Positions 50,214-58,921 of a stretch of 64,000 bases of DNA are shown here, piece after piece. The stretch spans positions 124,001 to 188,000 of the IMG/VR virus record IMGVR_UViG_3300042895_001344; one strand, given 5' to 3'. The notes beneath the pieces are model-generated. The model made no database searches and was not told the origin of the DNA. It saw only the letters and a list, made by a program, of their open reading frames with translations. The stretch's first letter is position 1. Every line of letters starts with the position of its first letter. Made by a program: the position numbers and the translations under genes.

Positions 50214-50221
50214 TATTTATA
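50214..50221 (+). promoter_or_regulatory. Late motif TATTTATA
   Basis: Upstream of 50233. Confidence 0.75.
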
Positions 50222-50232
50222 ATAAAAAAGAG

Positions 50233-51654
50233 ATGTCATATATACGTTCCTATTTTGAGAAGAATAACACAATTATAAAGGGTTCAACCACAAATACCGC
50301 TAAAAATCCAACCACGGAGATTTATTACGGTAATAGCACTTTTTCTAAATTTATATTTAAGGTTGATTTCACAGATTTAATTGGAAAATTAAGTAATGGA
50401 GAATTGACTCTTACAGATATTGGTGTTAGTGGTAATACTGTATCACATACATTACACCTAACAAATTGTATATTTGGTGATGAGGGGTTTAAAGGTCAGG
50501 GTAGAAGTACTGGTAGACAAAGAGCGACCTCTTTTGATCTAATATTATTTGAAATTACCGAAGAATGGGATGAGGGTGTTGGTTTTGACTATGTGAATGC
50601 TCCCTCAGATACTACAGACGATAGTACAATTTTTGATCAAAACCCATCAAATTGGTACAGTAGAACGACTTTAGACGCTTGGTCAACATCAGGAATTTAT
50701 GCTGAAAACCCAACTGTGATAGGGACAATACATTTTGATAATGGAAATGAAAATATTGATTTTGATTTAACAACTTATATTAATCAAAAATTAAGAAATG
50801 AGGTATTAAATTTCGGTACTAAATTAAGTCAAATTAAGGGATTTGGATTGGCGTTTTCTTTACCTTATCAAGATCTCACACCTGAATATGATAAGTCAGT
50901 TTCGTTCTTTACAAAATATACACAAACATTTTTTGAACCTTACGTCGAGACATTTGTAAATGATAGAATTAACGATAATAGAACAAACTTTGCTGCGGGT
51001 GTTTATAATTACTTATATCTTTATGTTACTAAAGGTTCTAATTTTTATAATTTAGACACTATGCCGATAGTTAATGTTTTAGATTCAAATAACAACGTTA
51101 TTGATGGTTTAGGTAATCAACAAGAGGTTTCTAGAGTTAAAAAAGGTGTTTATAAAGTAAAATTAGGTATTGATGGTGATTTGTGTGACGGTAAAAAATT
51201 CTTTTACGATCAGTGGACAAACCTTTCGATTGACGGGGTTGAAATTGATGATGTGAAACAAAAATTTGTTCCTAAACCATTTACCTCACAATATACAATT
51301 GGGGAAAATCAAACGGAATTACAAAGATATAAAATACAATACTTTGGTATAAAACAAAACGAAAAGATTGTAAGAGGTGAATTGAGAAAAGTAGTTGTAA
51401 CCATTAAATCTATAGATATTCAAAAAGCCAACTTGTTTGATGAGGTTTATTTTAGAATGTTTATTAAGGAAGGTACTACAAATGTAAATGTACATGATTG
51501 GACATTGTTAGATAAAACTAATGAAAATTCGTTTCATTTTGACACTTCAGTTTATATCCCAAGAGAATATTTTATTGAAATTAAAGCTAAAACTCACACT
51601 GAAGAAATATTCTATAATGAACATATTAAATTTGAGATTGTCTCAGAAAAATAA
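50233..51654 (+). CDS. Virion structural protein (DNRLRE/CBM-like beta domain possible)
   Basis: LHLTNC...ITEEWDEG...SNW...W...G pattern; late motif upstream. Confidence 0.45.
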   Translation: MSYIRSYFEKNNTIIKGSTTNTAKNPTTEIYYGNSTFSKFIFKVDFTDLIGKLSNGELTLTDIGVSGNTVSHTLHLTNCIFGDEGFKGQGRSTGRQRATSFDLILFEITEEWDEGVGFDYVNAPSDTTDDSTIFDQNPSNWYSRTTLDAWSTSGIYAENPTVIGTIHFDNGNENIDFDLTTYINQKLRNEVLNFGTKLSQIKGFGLAFSLPYQDLTPEYDKSVSFFTKYTQTFFEPYVETFVNDRINDNRTNFAAGVYNYLYLYVTKGSNFYNLDTMPIVNVLDSNNNVIDGLGNQQEVSRVKKGVYKVKLGIDGDLCDGKKFFYDQWTNLSIDGVEIDDVKQKFVPKPFTSQYTIGENQTELQRYKIQYFGIKQNEKIVRGELRKVVVTIKSIDIQKANLFDEVYFRMFIKEGTTNVNVHDWTLLDKTNENSFHFDTSVYIPREYFIEIKAKTHTEEIFYNEHIKFEIVSEK

Positions 51655-51657
51655 AAC

Positions 51658-51665
51658 TATTTATA
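51658..51665 (+). promoter_or_regulatory. Late motif TATTTATA
   Basis: Upstream of operon 51670-54119. Confidence 0.75.
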
Positions 51666-51669
51666 TATT

Positions 51670-52323
51670 ATGAAAGTAATTAAACTAAAAGAAAACGATC
51701 TTAGAAAATATATTGCTAAGATTATAAAGGAAAATCAATCAACCGAAAACTATATGTTTTTCAGTAATTTACAACAAATACATAGACAATGTGAGATGTT
51801 GATGAAAATGGATCCACAAGAGTTAGATCAAATTATTAAAAACGGTCACGATTGGGCGGACGATCATGTATCTGAAGCTAAGAACAATATGGATCAAGTT
51901 TTTGATTTCTTTATGAATGAAACTAAAAGTAAAGATAAACAAGATGTTACTGCCGATATGGATCAGTTTAGTATGAACGAAGAAGGACAACTTGACGAAA
52001 AATGTTGGGATGGGTATAAACAAGTTGGTAGTAAGAAAAAAGGTGGAAAAATGGTACCGAATTGTGTACCTGTAAGTGAAGCAAGTAGTCCTGCACAACA
52101 AGCTGCAATTGCAATCAATATGAAGAAAAAGGGTGTTGAACCTAAAAATGAGTCATACGGTGAAATAGACGAAAGTAAGAACTGTCCAACAGACCCTGCG
52201 AAGTGGGCAGCATCAAAGGCTAAAGCTAAATCTAAATTTGACGTCTATCCTTCAGCATATGCAAATGGATTCGCGGCGAAAGATTATAAAGCAAAAGGTG
52301 GTGGTTGGAGAAAATGTAAATAG
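51670..52323 (+). CDS. Modular basic protein (probable internal head protein)
   Basis: Leader MKVIKLKENDLRKYIAKIIKE; modules KCWDGYKQVG...PNCVP, SSPAQQAAIAI, CPTDPAKW...GGGW, each starting after xxE. Confidence 0.65.
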   Translation: MKVIKLKENDLRKYIAKIIKENQSTENYMFFSNLQQIHRQCEMLMKMDPQELDQIIKNGHDWADDHVSEAKNNMDQVFDFFMNETKSKDKQDVTADMDQFSMNEEGQLDEKCWDGYKQVGSKKKGGKMVPNCVPVSEASSPAQQAAIAINMKKKGVEPKNESYGEIDESKNCPTDPAKWAASKAKAKSKFDVYPSAYANGFAAKDYKAKGGGWRKCK

Positions 52324-53085
52324 ATGAATTTAGAAGAGAACATACAAAGAATTAAACAAATGATGATTTCTGAGGAGATGGTACAATCTGATGCTTGGAA
52401 GTCTTTAAAGAAGACATTAGATGTTCTTAAAAAGAAGAAAAAAGTTTTACTATTAAGTTGTTCTAATAGACACAATTGGGACGAAAATGATATTGATATA
52501 CCAAAATCTAAAATGATTGCGATGTATCTTAACGAAGAATTAGGTGACAAATCCGTTTTAATAGATGTACCTGAACTTAAGATATTTCCTTGTGAAGGTA
52601 ACGTATCAAGAAAAGACGGAGATTCATGTGGAGTATTAAAATCTAAACTTGAAGACAAGGACAAAAATCCTTCAGGTCATCATAGATGTTGGGCAAGTAT
52701 AAACAACAAATCAGATGAACTTTGGAAAATATCTAAAGAACTATTTGAATCGGACGCGGTTATATTTTTTAGTTCAATAAGGTGGGGACAGACAAATATG
52801 TATTATCAAAATCTAATTGAAAGACTTAATTGGATTGAAAATAGACATACAACACAAAATGAATCAAACATAGTAAAAGATATTGAATCTGGATATATTT
52901 GTACGGGACATAATTGGAATGGAAGTAACGTTGTTGATCTACAAAAACAAGTTCATTCATTTTATGGATTCAAACCAAACGATGATATATATTGGAATTG
53001 GCAGTATACTAAAGATATTAACGACGAAAGTCAAAAATCATATAAAGATTCTCATGATAAATTCATAAAAGACACTAAATTATAA
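52324..53085 (+). CDS. Flavodoxin-fold NAD(P)H-dependent FMN reductase / iron-sulfur flavoprotein-like protein with N-terminal tag
   Basis: LLLSCSNR, PCEG...SCG...RCW, ESDAVIFFSSIRWG...QNLIERL; extra leader MNLEENIQRIKQMM. Confidence 0.75.
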   Translation: MNLEENIQRIKQMMISEEMVQSDAWKSLKKTLDVLKKKKKVLLLSCSNRHNWDENDIDIPKSKMIAMYLNEELGDKSVLIDVPELKIFPCEGNVSRKDGDSCGVLKSKLEDKDKNPSGHHRCWASINNKSDELWKISKELFESDAVIFFSSIRWGQTNMYYQNLIERLNWIENRHTTQNESNIVKDIESGYICTGHNWNGSNVVDLQKQVHSFYGFKPNDDIYWNWQYTKDINDESQKSYKDSHDKFIKDTKL

Positions 53086-53086
53086 T

Positions 53087-53365
53087 ATGAGAATAATAAT
53101 AACCGAAGACCAAAAAAATAAAATTATGAATAGTAATGATTGGGTGGAAACAAACGGTAAATTAATTAAAACATTTTATTTTAAAGATTATAAGGAAGTT
53201 ATGTCATTTGCTAATGAGGTGATGAAAATTGCCAACAAACAAAATCATCACCCCGATATGACGGTTCATTATGATAATGTAAAGTTATCAATTACAGACC
53301 ACGATAAGGGTAAGGTGTCCGATAAGTGTCATAAATTTGTTAATGAGGTAAATAAAATTATATAA
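53087..53365 (+). CDS. phhB: Pterin-4-alpha-carbinolamine dehydratase with short leader
   Basis: W...KLIKTFYFKDY...F...HHPD...TDHDKG.VS; leader MRIIITEDQ. Confidence 0.85.
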   Translation: MRIIITEDQKNKIMNSNDWVETNGKLIKTFYFKDYKEVMSFANEVMKIANKQNHHPDMTVHYDNVKLSITDHDKGKVSDKCHKFVNEVNKII

Positions 53366-53366
53366 C

Positions 53367-54119
53367 ATGAAAATTATTGTTTCAAAGGAAGATAAAGAAT
53401 ATATAAACGAATGTCTTAAATCAGGTGAGGTTTTAAAAGAAGATCTTACAAGGTGGTTTAAAGAGAAGTGGGTAGATGTTAGTAAAAAGGTAGATGGTAA
53501 ACACCCACCTTGTGGTAGAAAAGATGCTGATGGTAAATCGTATCCTAAATGTAGACCTTCTAAAAAAGTGTCTAAAGAAACTCCAAAAGTTGCCTCTTCA
53601 TATGATAAAAAAGAAAAGAAAGCAATGACTTCACAAAAAAGAAGAGCAGAAAAGAAAGACCCTAAAGTGGGTAAGGGTAATAAACCAACAATGACTAAAT
53701 TTGATGAGAATATGGAAAAGAGAACAATAATTCAAATATCTGAAGATCAATTCGAAAGACTATTTGAATACAACGAAGAAACTCCTGTATTGATATATGA
53801 GGATGAGTTTGGATCAATAGAAAATACTAAATTTGAATACGACTTAGGTCTTTTAAATGAGGCTGAGTATCAAGGACGTAAAGTTCAACTTGGTAAAATC
53901 ATGCAAGGGGACGTAAAGAAATCAAAAGTTTATGTTAAGAACGATAAAGGTAAAGTCGTTAAAGTAAACTTTGGTTTTGGTGGTAAATCCGCTAAAGGTA
54001 AACGAATGGTTATTAAGAAAAATAACCCTGCAAGACGTAAATCATTTAGAGCACGTATGAATTGTGATAATCCAGGTCCTCGTTGGAAACCAAGATATTG
54101 GGCTTGTAGAACTTGGTAA
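53367..54119 (+). CDS. Modular basic protein (probable internal head protein)
   Basis: LKE then DLTRWFKEKWVD...PCGR...YPKCRP module; LNE then AEYQGRKV...RRKSFRARMNC...RYWACRTW module. Confidence 0.7.
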   Translation: MKIIVSKEDKEYINECLKSGEVLKEDLTRWFKEKWVDVSKKVDGKHPPCGRKDADGKSYPKCRPSKKVSKETPKVASSYDKKEKKAMTSQKRRAEKKDPKVGKGNKPTMTKFDENMEKRTIIQISEDQFERLFEYNEETPVLIYEDEFGSIENTKFEYDLGLLNEAEYQGRKVQLGKIMQGDVKKSKVYVKNDKGKVVKVNFGFGGKSAKGKRMVIKKNNPARRKSFRARMNCDNPGPRWKPRYWACRTW

Positions 54120-54416
54120 TTAAATTAATTTTTGATTAGATATAAAGTATACCCTATCGGACGCATAGAGACCTTTATAGGACGCCTCTTTCTTTTCCAC
54201 TAACTTACCCATCTGTATTAAATGAAGACCGTTTTTAAGGTCTATTCCCACTAATAAACGACCTTGCCACTTTTCGTAGGTTGTTTCACGCACATATTTT
54301 CCCTCATCGTCCATTTTGAGGTGTTCAATCATCACTTCTTTTTTAATTTTACACGTAATCCCCCTCTCATCTATGAGTTTGGTTAAGACGTCTAATCGTA
54401 GATTTTCGTATTCCAT
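54120..54416 (-). CDS. Small protein with SAP/HeH-like N-terminus, host-type promoter
   Basis: YENLRLDVLTKLIDERGI...KEVMIEHL pattern; TATATTTG at 54421-54428 on the minus strand. Confidence 0.55.
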   Translation of the reverse strand: MEYENLRLDVLTKLIDERGITCKIKKEVMIEHLKMDDEGKYVRETTYEKWQGRLLVGIDLKNGLHLIQMGKLVEKKEASYKGLYASDRVYFISNQKLI

Positions 54417-54420
54417 AACA

Positions 54421-54428
54421 CAAATATA
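54421..54428 (-). promoter_or_regulatory. Bacteroidota -7 element TATATTTG
   Basis: Exact TAnnTTTG with TTGG further upstream. Confidence 0.65.
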
Positions 54429-54450
54429 CTATATTTTTTAGAATATACCA

Positions 54451-54484
54451 AAAATAAAAAACCCCCGATTTCTCGAGGGTTTTT
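54451..54484 (-). terminator. Intrinsic terminator after major capsid gene
   Basis: AAAAACCCTCGA-GAAA-TCGGGGGTTTTT then T-tract on the minus strand. Confidence 0.85.
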
Positions 54485-54503
54485 CGTGATATTCCTATTA
54501 AGA

Positions 54504-56261
54504 TTATCTTAATGTATCTAAACCAAACACTTGGATACCTTGTACATCGATTACACCGAAGTAACGGTTGTTCACCATTTTCTTTGCGTAACGTGTCATG
54601 ATACCTTTGATTGGAGTCATGTTGAATGGATTGTACATTGTAGGAGTTAATTGTAATGGCACATATGGTGCGTATACATAACCTGCATCTAACAATGATT
54701 TTCCTTTATGACCGATCAAGATTTTGTTAGCTGGGAAGTAAGGATCACGATACACTTGGTAACGACCACCTACTGTACCGATTTTCTCGATACCCATGTT
54801 ATATTGATCTTGTTCTGGTTCTGCGTTAGAAACGTGGAAATACTCTAAATCATCGAATACTGCAGAAACTTCTGAAGAAACAACGATCCAGTTAGCACCA
54901 CCTCTTAACGTAGTTTTGTGGATTTGAGCAGAAATTTGGTTGATTTTTGTAACCAAAGTTTGGTTCCAATCTTTTTGAGTGTAACCTTGTAAAGTTGAGT
55001 TTCCAGATCCACCGTATTTCCATCCATTGTAATCCCATTTAGCTTTCCATGCTGCACCTTTACGTAAGTCACGTAAGATTTCACGGTCAACCTCAGCAGC
55101 GATTTGCTCTGATAATAAAGCTGTCAATTCAGCTTCAGCGTCGATGTTGTGGAACGCACTAACATCTTGTGCTAATTCTGGAGACCAGCTAGCTCTTAAT
55201 TTTCTTTCAGTTACAGAAACTGTTACTGATTCTAAATCAAAAGATACTTCACCAATTTGATCTTCAAACTCCAAAGTATCGTACTTGCGATAAGAAGCGT
55301 TGAATTCTGTTCTTGCTAAAGTTGAACCTGTTACTTCGTAATCAGAAAAACCCGAAGTTGGGTCGTATTTTTGTAAATCTACTTGTACATAGATTTTACC
55401 GTCAGTATCACAAATATCGTAGAAATTTTGTGTTGCGTTAGTTGTTTTAGCACCGTATTCTACAATACCTTTACCGTACTTTTGAGTAACGATATTGATT
55501 GGTAATGAAGTACCTGTAGTTGCACCTAAGAAAGCTAATAAGTTAGCATCTGAAGTGAAAACTTGTAATGAAGCTAAGAATTCTTCAGAATCCATTTCAT
55601 TACCGTCTGGTCCTTTCAATTTACCTGCACCTGCAGATTCAAATCCTTCTAATTCTAAAATTACATAAGATTTAGTTGTACCGGTATTAATAGCAGATGT
55701 ACTTGTAGTAACTTCACCGTTAGAGAAAGTTGTGAAACCATTTACAGTTAATGCGCTAACAGAATAAGCACCTTTTGAATAATCAAAAAGACCTTGTTCT
55801 AAGTCGTCATTAGCTTCGTAGAAACGATCGTAAAGATTCTTAGCACCTGTATTATAACCTGCTGTTGCAGCGTCAGAGTTACCTGGCATACCGTAAGGAG
55901 AGTAATGACCGTTAGCGTCAGTTCTCTCTTGGATTTTAGGTACGAAGAAGAACAATTTACCGATTGGTAAGTTCATAGCTTGTACAGACACGATGTCGTT
56001 AGCTAATAATTTAGAGAATACACGACGAATGATAGGGAAAACTACAGTCTCGAAAGAACCAGACGCATCAGCTACTGCTGCTTCGTTGATTAAGTAAGAC
56101 GCTTGGTTTTCATACAATTGCGCGATGTTATCTTTTTGGTGACCACCAAGACCCTCTAAGAATCCTAATTCGTCCCATTTTTTAATGGTATCTTCTTTGA
56201 TAACTCTAAGGTGCTTAAGACCTATGTTACCAACCATACCGCTTTCTAATAATGCTCCCAT
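54504..56261 (-). CDS. gp23: Major capsid protein (T4 gp23-like)
   Basis: IVSVQAMNLPIG, ERKLRASWSPELAQD, AEAELTALLSEQIAAEVDREIL, DAGYVYAPYVPL, KGIMTRYA. Confidence 0.97.
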   Translation of the reverse strand: MGALLESGMVGNIGLKHLRVIKEDTIKKWDELGFLEGLGGHQKDNIAQLYENQASYLINEAAVADASGSFETVVFPIIRRVFSKLLANDIVSVQAMNLPIGKLFFFVPKIQERTDANGHYSPYGMPGNSDAATAGYNTGAKNLYDRFYEANDDLEQGLFDYSKGAYSVSALTVNGFTTFSNGEVTTSTSAINTGTTKSYVILELEGFESAGAGKLKGPDGNEMDSEEFLASLQVFTSDANLLAFLGATTGTSLPINIVTQKYGKGIVEYGAKTTNATQNFYDICDTDGKIYVQVDLQKYDPTSGFSDYEVTGSTLARTEFNASYRKYDTLEFEDQIGEVSFDLESVTVSVTERKLRASWSPELAQDVSAFHNIDAEAELTALLSEQIAAEVDREILRDLRKGAAWKAKWDYNGWKYGGSGNSTLQGYTQKDWNQTLVTKINQISAQIHKTTLRGGANWIVVSSEVSAVFDDLEYFHVSNAEPEQDQYNMGIEKIGTVGGRYQVYRDPYFPANKILIGHKGKSLLDAGYVYAPYVPLQLTPTMYNPFNMTPIKGIMTRYAKKMVNNRYFGVIDVQGIQVFGLDTLR

Positions 56262-56283
56262 TTTTAATATTGGTTTTAATTTT

Positions 56284-57582
56284 TTATTTTATTTTTCTCA
56301 TCATTTCTTTAATTCTACTGAATTGAGGATTTTCATAAGCTTTTGACTCAGATAATACCTCTGTAGAAGAAGATGTTGATGGAGTGTTAGAGATTTTTTT
56401 CGCAACTGATTCGGTAACCGTAGTTTTTGAACCTAATTCAGTTTTGATTGTTGAGAATAAAGACTTAGCTTCATTCATAGTAGAAACTGTATCAAATCTC
56501 TTTAATATATTCAATTTCTCTTGTTTTGTAGTTGAATGTTCAGTAAACAAACGTGTAGCGTAAGCTAAGTTTGCATTGAATACTGCAACTTCATTTAGTT
56601 TATCCTTGAATAATACTAACGCCTTTTTATATTCAGCATTTTGTTTTTTCAATGTTTCAACTTGTTCGTTGATACCTGAACCCGCTTTGTACATTTTTTT
56701 AGATGGTAAACCAGCTCTTTTCATACCGTTCTTGTTTCCATGAGGGTTTGATTTTGTACGTGCAGCTTCTGTAGCTTCAACTTTTTTAGGTTCTTCAACC
56801 TCGTCTTCCTCGTCTAATTCGATTTCATAGATAGTTTCTTCGTCAGCTTCTAATTCGTCTTCAGCATCAACATCTTCCATATCGGTTTCTGTATCAACAT
56901 CAGATTCTAAATCAGAATCAACGTCTGTATCCATTCCACTCATATCAACGTCGGAATCAACGTCAGAATCAACATCTGTATCTAAGTCAGCTCCCATGTC
57001 CATTCCAGTATCAAGATCAGAATCTTCACTATCTAATTTGATAATGTATTCATTTTCTCCGTCACCGAATTCGACATTGTTACCGTCTTTTTTAACTACA
57101 ATACCATCTTCTGGTTTCATAGCCTTGAATACTTTAAGAACTTCATCGTCTGAAGCACCTGTCATATCCATAACGTCTTCATCATCCATTGAACCTTCGT
57201 CACTCATAGATTCCATATCAGTACCCATATCGGTACCCATGTCATCCATGTCAACATCAGTGTCAACATCCGAATCAACGTCATCTGTTGAGTCTAAGTT
57301 ATCGAGGTCTGTATCTGTATCAACATCTGTATCAACGTCTTCTTCAGATTCATCATCTGTGTCTTCGTCGTCAGCTGTTACATCTTGTTCTGCCTCTTCT
57401 TCAGGTTTAGCAACTTCTTCATCAGTTGTTGTTTCTTCCTCTTCTTCCAATGATTCTTTTAGCAAATCTTTAAGTTCTTCCTTCATTGTTGAAGCAAGTA
57501 TACCTTTTGCATTTTGCTTTACGGCCTCTTCAAGATTTTGTACTTGAAGTAACGCTTGTTCTAAAATTGATTTTTCGCTCAT
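56284..57582 (-). CDS. Prohead core scaffold protein with long acidic linker
   Basis: Between protease and MCP; helical ends, Asp-rich repeats, LNEVAVFNANL motif, many LxE sites. Confidence 0.8.
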   Translation of the reverse strand: MSEKSILEQALLQVQNLEEAVKQNAKGILASTMKEELKDLLKESLEEEEETTTDEEVAKPEEEAEQDVTADDEDTDDESEEDVDTDVDTDTDLDNLDSTDDVDSDVDTDVDMDDMGTDMGTDMESMSDEGSMDDEDVMDMTGASDDEVLKVFKAMKPEDGIVVKKDGNNVEFGDGENEYIIKLDSEDSDLDTGMDMGADLDTDVDSDVDSDVDMSGMDTDVDSDLESDVDTETDMEDVDAEDELEADEETIYEIELDEEDEVEEPKKVEATEAARTKSNPHGNKNGMKRAGLPSKKMYKAGSGINEQVETLKKQNAEYKKALVLFKDKLNEVAVFNANLAYATRLFTEHSTTKQEKLNILKRFDTVSTMNEAKSLFSTIKTELGSKTTVTESVAKKISNTPSTSSSTEVLSESKAYENPQFSRIKEMMRKIK

Positions 57583-57609
57583 TGTGAAAATTAATTGTTT
57601 TTATTACCT

Positions 57610-57617
57610 TATAAATA
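57610..57617 (-). promoter_or_regulatory. Late motif TATTTATA
   Basis: Upstream of scaffold-MCP operon. Confidence 0.75.
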
Positions 57618-57671
57618 CTACGATTTATTAAAAAATCGTGTTTTTTAATGTTCCTGCCCCTAAAAAGTTTA

Positions 57672-58355
57672 TTATTTAGATAGAAATGTATCTAAATTGC
57701 CCATAAGTTTAGACATTCTACTGTCAAGTGTTGGTTTCTTAATTTCCGCTTCTTGATATTGGTCTCTTTCTGATGGGTCTTTAAAAATATAAGCACCGGG
57801 AGTTGATGGTGATGATACTAAATCAAAACAAACTAATTCGAAATCATCTTGTACGATGTTTTCTCCTTTAACTTGTTTAAGTGATCCTACACCACGTGAA
57901 GAGATACCTAAAGTTGCCCCGTTCATTAATAACATCGCAGCTTGATCTCCTTTGGTTGAAACGATACCCATCTTCTTCCATCCAGGAGAAGTGAATAACT
58001 TGATTTTACCCATAAGGATTCTACCGTCCCACCAAGTTTCTAAAATTGAATGTGATACTCGATCTAAATCGATTAGTGAAGATGAAGGGTGATTTAATTC
58101 ATTTAATGCTCCACCCTTTTTAATTAGTGATTGATATTTTTCGTTTTCTCTCTTAAGTAACATTTCAGGATATATCCTTCCGTTCTTATTTGGAGTATCG
58201 AATTTTTGTAAAACAGCATAAAGGATTAGATCTTCAGAGAAGTCCACACCCTTCATTTCCTGTATAATTTTTTTATTCTCTTCTGGAGATACGTGTCCTG
58301 CGTCGTATTCTATTAAAATTCCTGTTCCAAGTTCTTTGGGTCCTAATATCTTCAT
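57672..58355 (-). CDS. gp21: Prohead maturation protease (gp21-like)
   Basis: PNKNGRIYP, ELNHP (His), LGISSRGVGS (Ser), FDLVSSPSTPGA. Confidence 0.95.
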   Translation of the reverse strand: MKILGPKELGTGILIEYDAGHVSPEENKKIIQEMKGVDFSEDLILYAVLQKFDTPNKNGRIYPEMLLKRENEKYQSLIKKGGALNELNHPSSSLIDLDRVSHSILETWWDGRILMGKIKLFTSPGWKKMGIVSTKGDQAAMLLMNGATLGISSRGVGSLKQVKGENIVQDDFELVCFDLVSSPSTPGAYIFKDPSERDQYQEAEIKKPTLDSRMSKLMGNLDTFLSK

Positions 58356-58371
58356 TTATAGATTTTATTAC

Positions 58372-58379
58372 TATAAATA
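58372..58379 (-). promoter_or_regulatory. Late motif TATTTATA
   Basis: Upstream of protease. Confidence 0.75.
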
Positions 58380-58393
58380 CATCGATATCCCTA

Positions 58394-58819
58394 TTATTTT
58401 TTGGATTTGTAGAAATTGAATAGATTTTTGTCAGAAAGTCCATCTTCTATTACCATAGATAGAATATCTTTTACGTTATTTTTAATTTCTTTTGATTTAA
58501 CGTCGAACTGTTTATCAACATATAATGTGATTTCTAAGTTCATAAAAGATCTTTTTTCTAATTTAATTCCCTTTGTTCTAATATCTAAATCAACAATAGA
58601 TTGTTGTTTAAAATAAGGGTTCTTAAGATTATAAATTATTTCTTTAACCTTTCGTCTTGATTTATGAATCATATGATCAAAATCATCAGTCTCATTTTCG
58701 GCTTGTACCCATGAGTTTAATTTCAAATAAATGGTTTTAAGATTCTTAAAATCTACGGTACCATAACCGATCTTTACATCATTGTAAATCCCTAATGGGA
58801 TATACTTACCTGTTTTCAT
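58394..58819 (-). CDS. Hypothetical protein (141 aa)
   Basis: Clean ORF in the head cluster, divergent from rpsU. Confidence 0.7.
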   Translation of the reverse strand: MKTGKYIPLGIYNDVKIGYGTVDFKNLKTIYLKLNSWVQAENETDDFDHMIHKSRRKVKEIIYNLKNPYFKQQSIVDLDIRTKGIKLEKRSFMNLEITLYVDKQFDVKSKEIKNNVKDILSMVIEDGLSDKNLFNFYKSKK

Positions 58820-58896
58820 TAATATTTCATATTATTATTTCTTATGGTGTTTTTAAAAAATAACTAAAATACTTGGAATAACCAAAAATAATTTCA

Positions 58897-58904
58897 TATA
58901 TTTG
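58897..58904 (+). promoter_or_regulatory. Bacteroidota -7 element TATATTTG upstream of rpsU
   Basis: Exact TAnnTTTG with CTTGG further upstream. Confidence 0.65.
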
Positions 58905-58909
58905 TTGTA

Positions 58910-58917
58910 TATTTATT
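58910..58917 (+). promoter_or_regulatory. Late motif TATTTATT
   Basis: 4 nt before rpsU ATG. Confidence 0.65.
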
Positions 58918-58921
58918 ATAT

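Noticed and set aside
57893-57898. Second CACGTG as another parS
   Set aside because: Only the 6-bp core matches, and it is explained by the conserved SSRG codons of the protease
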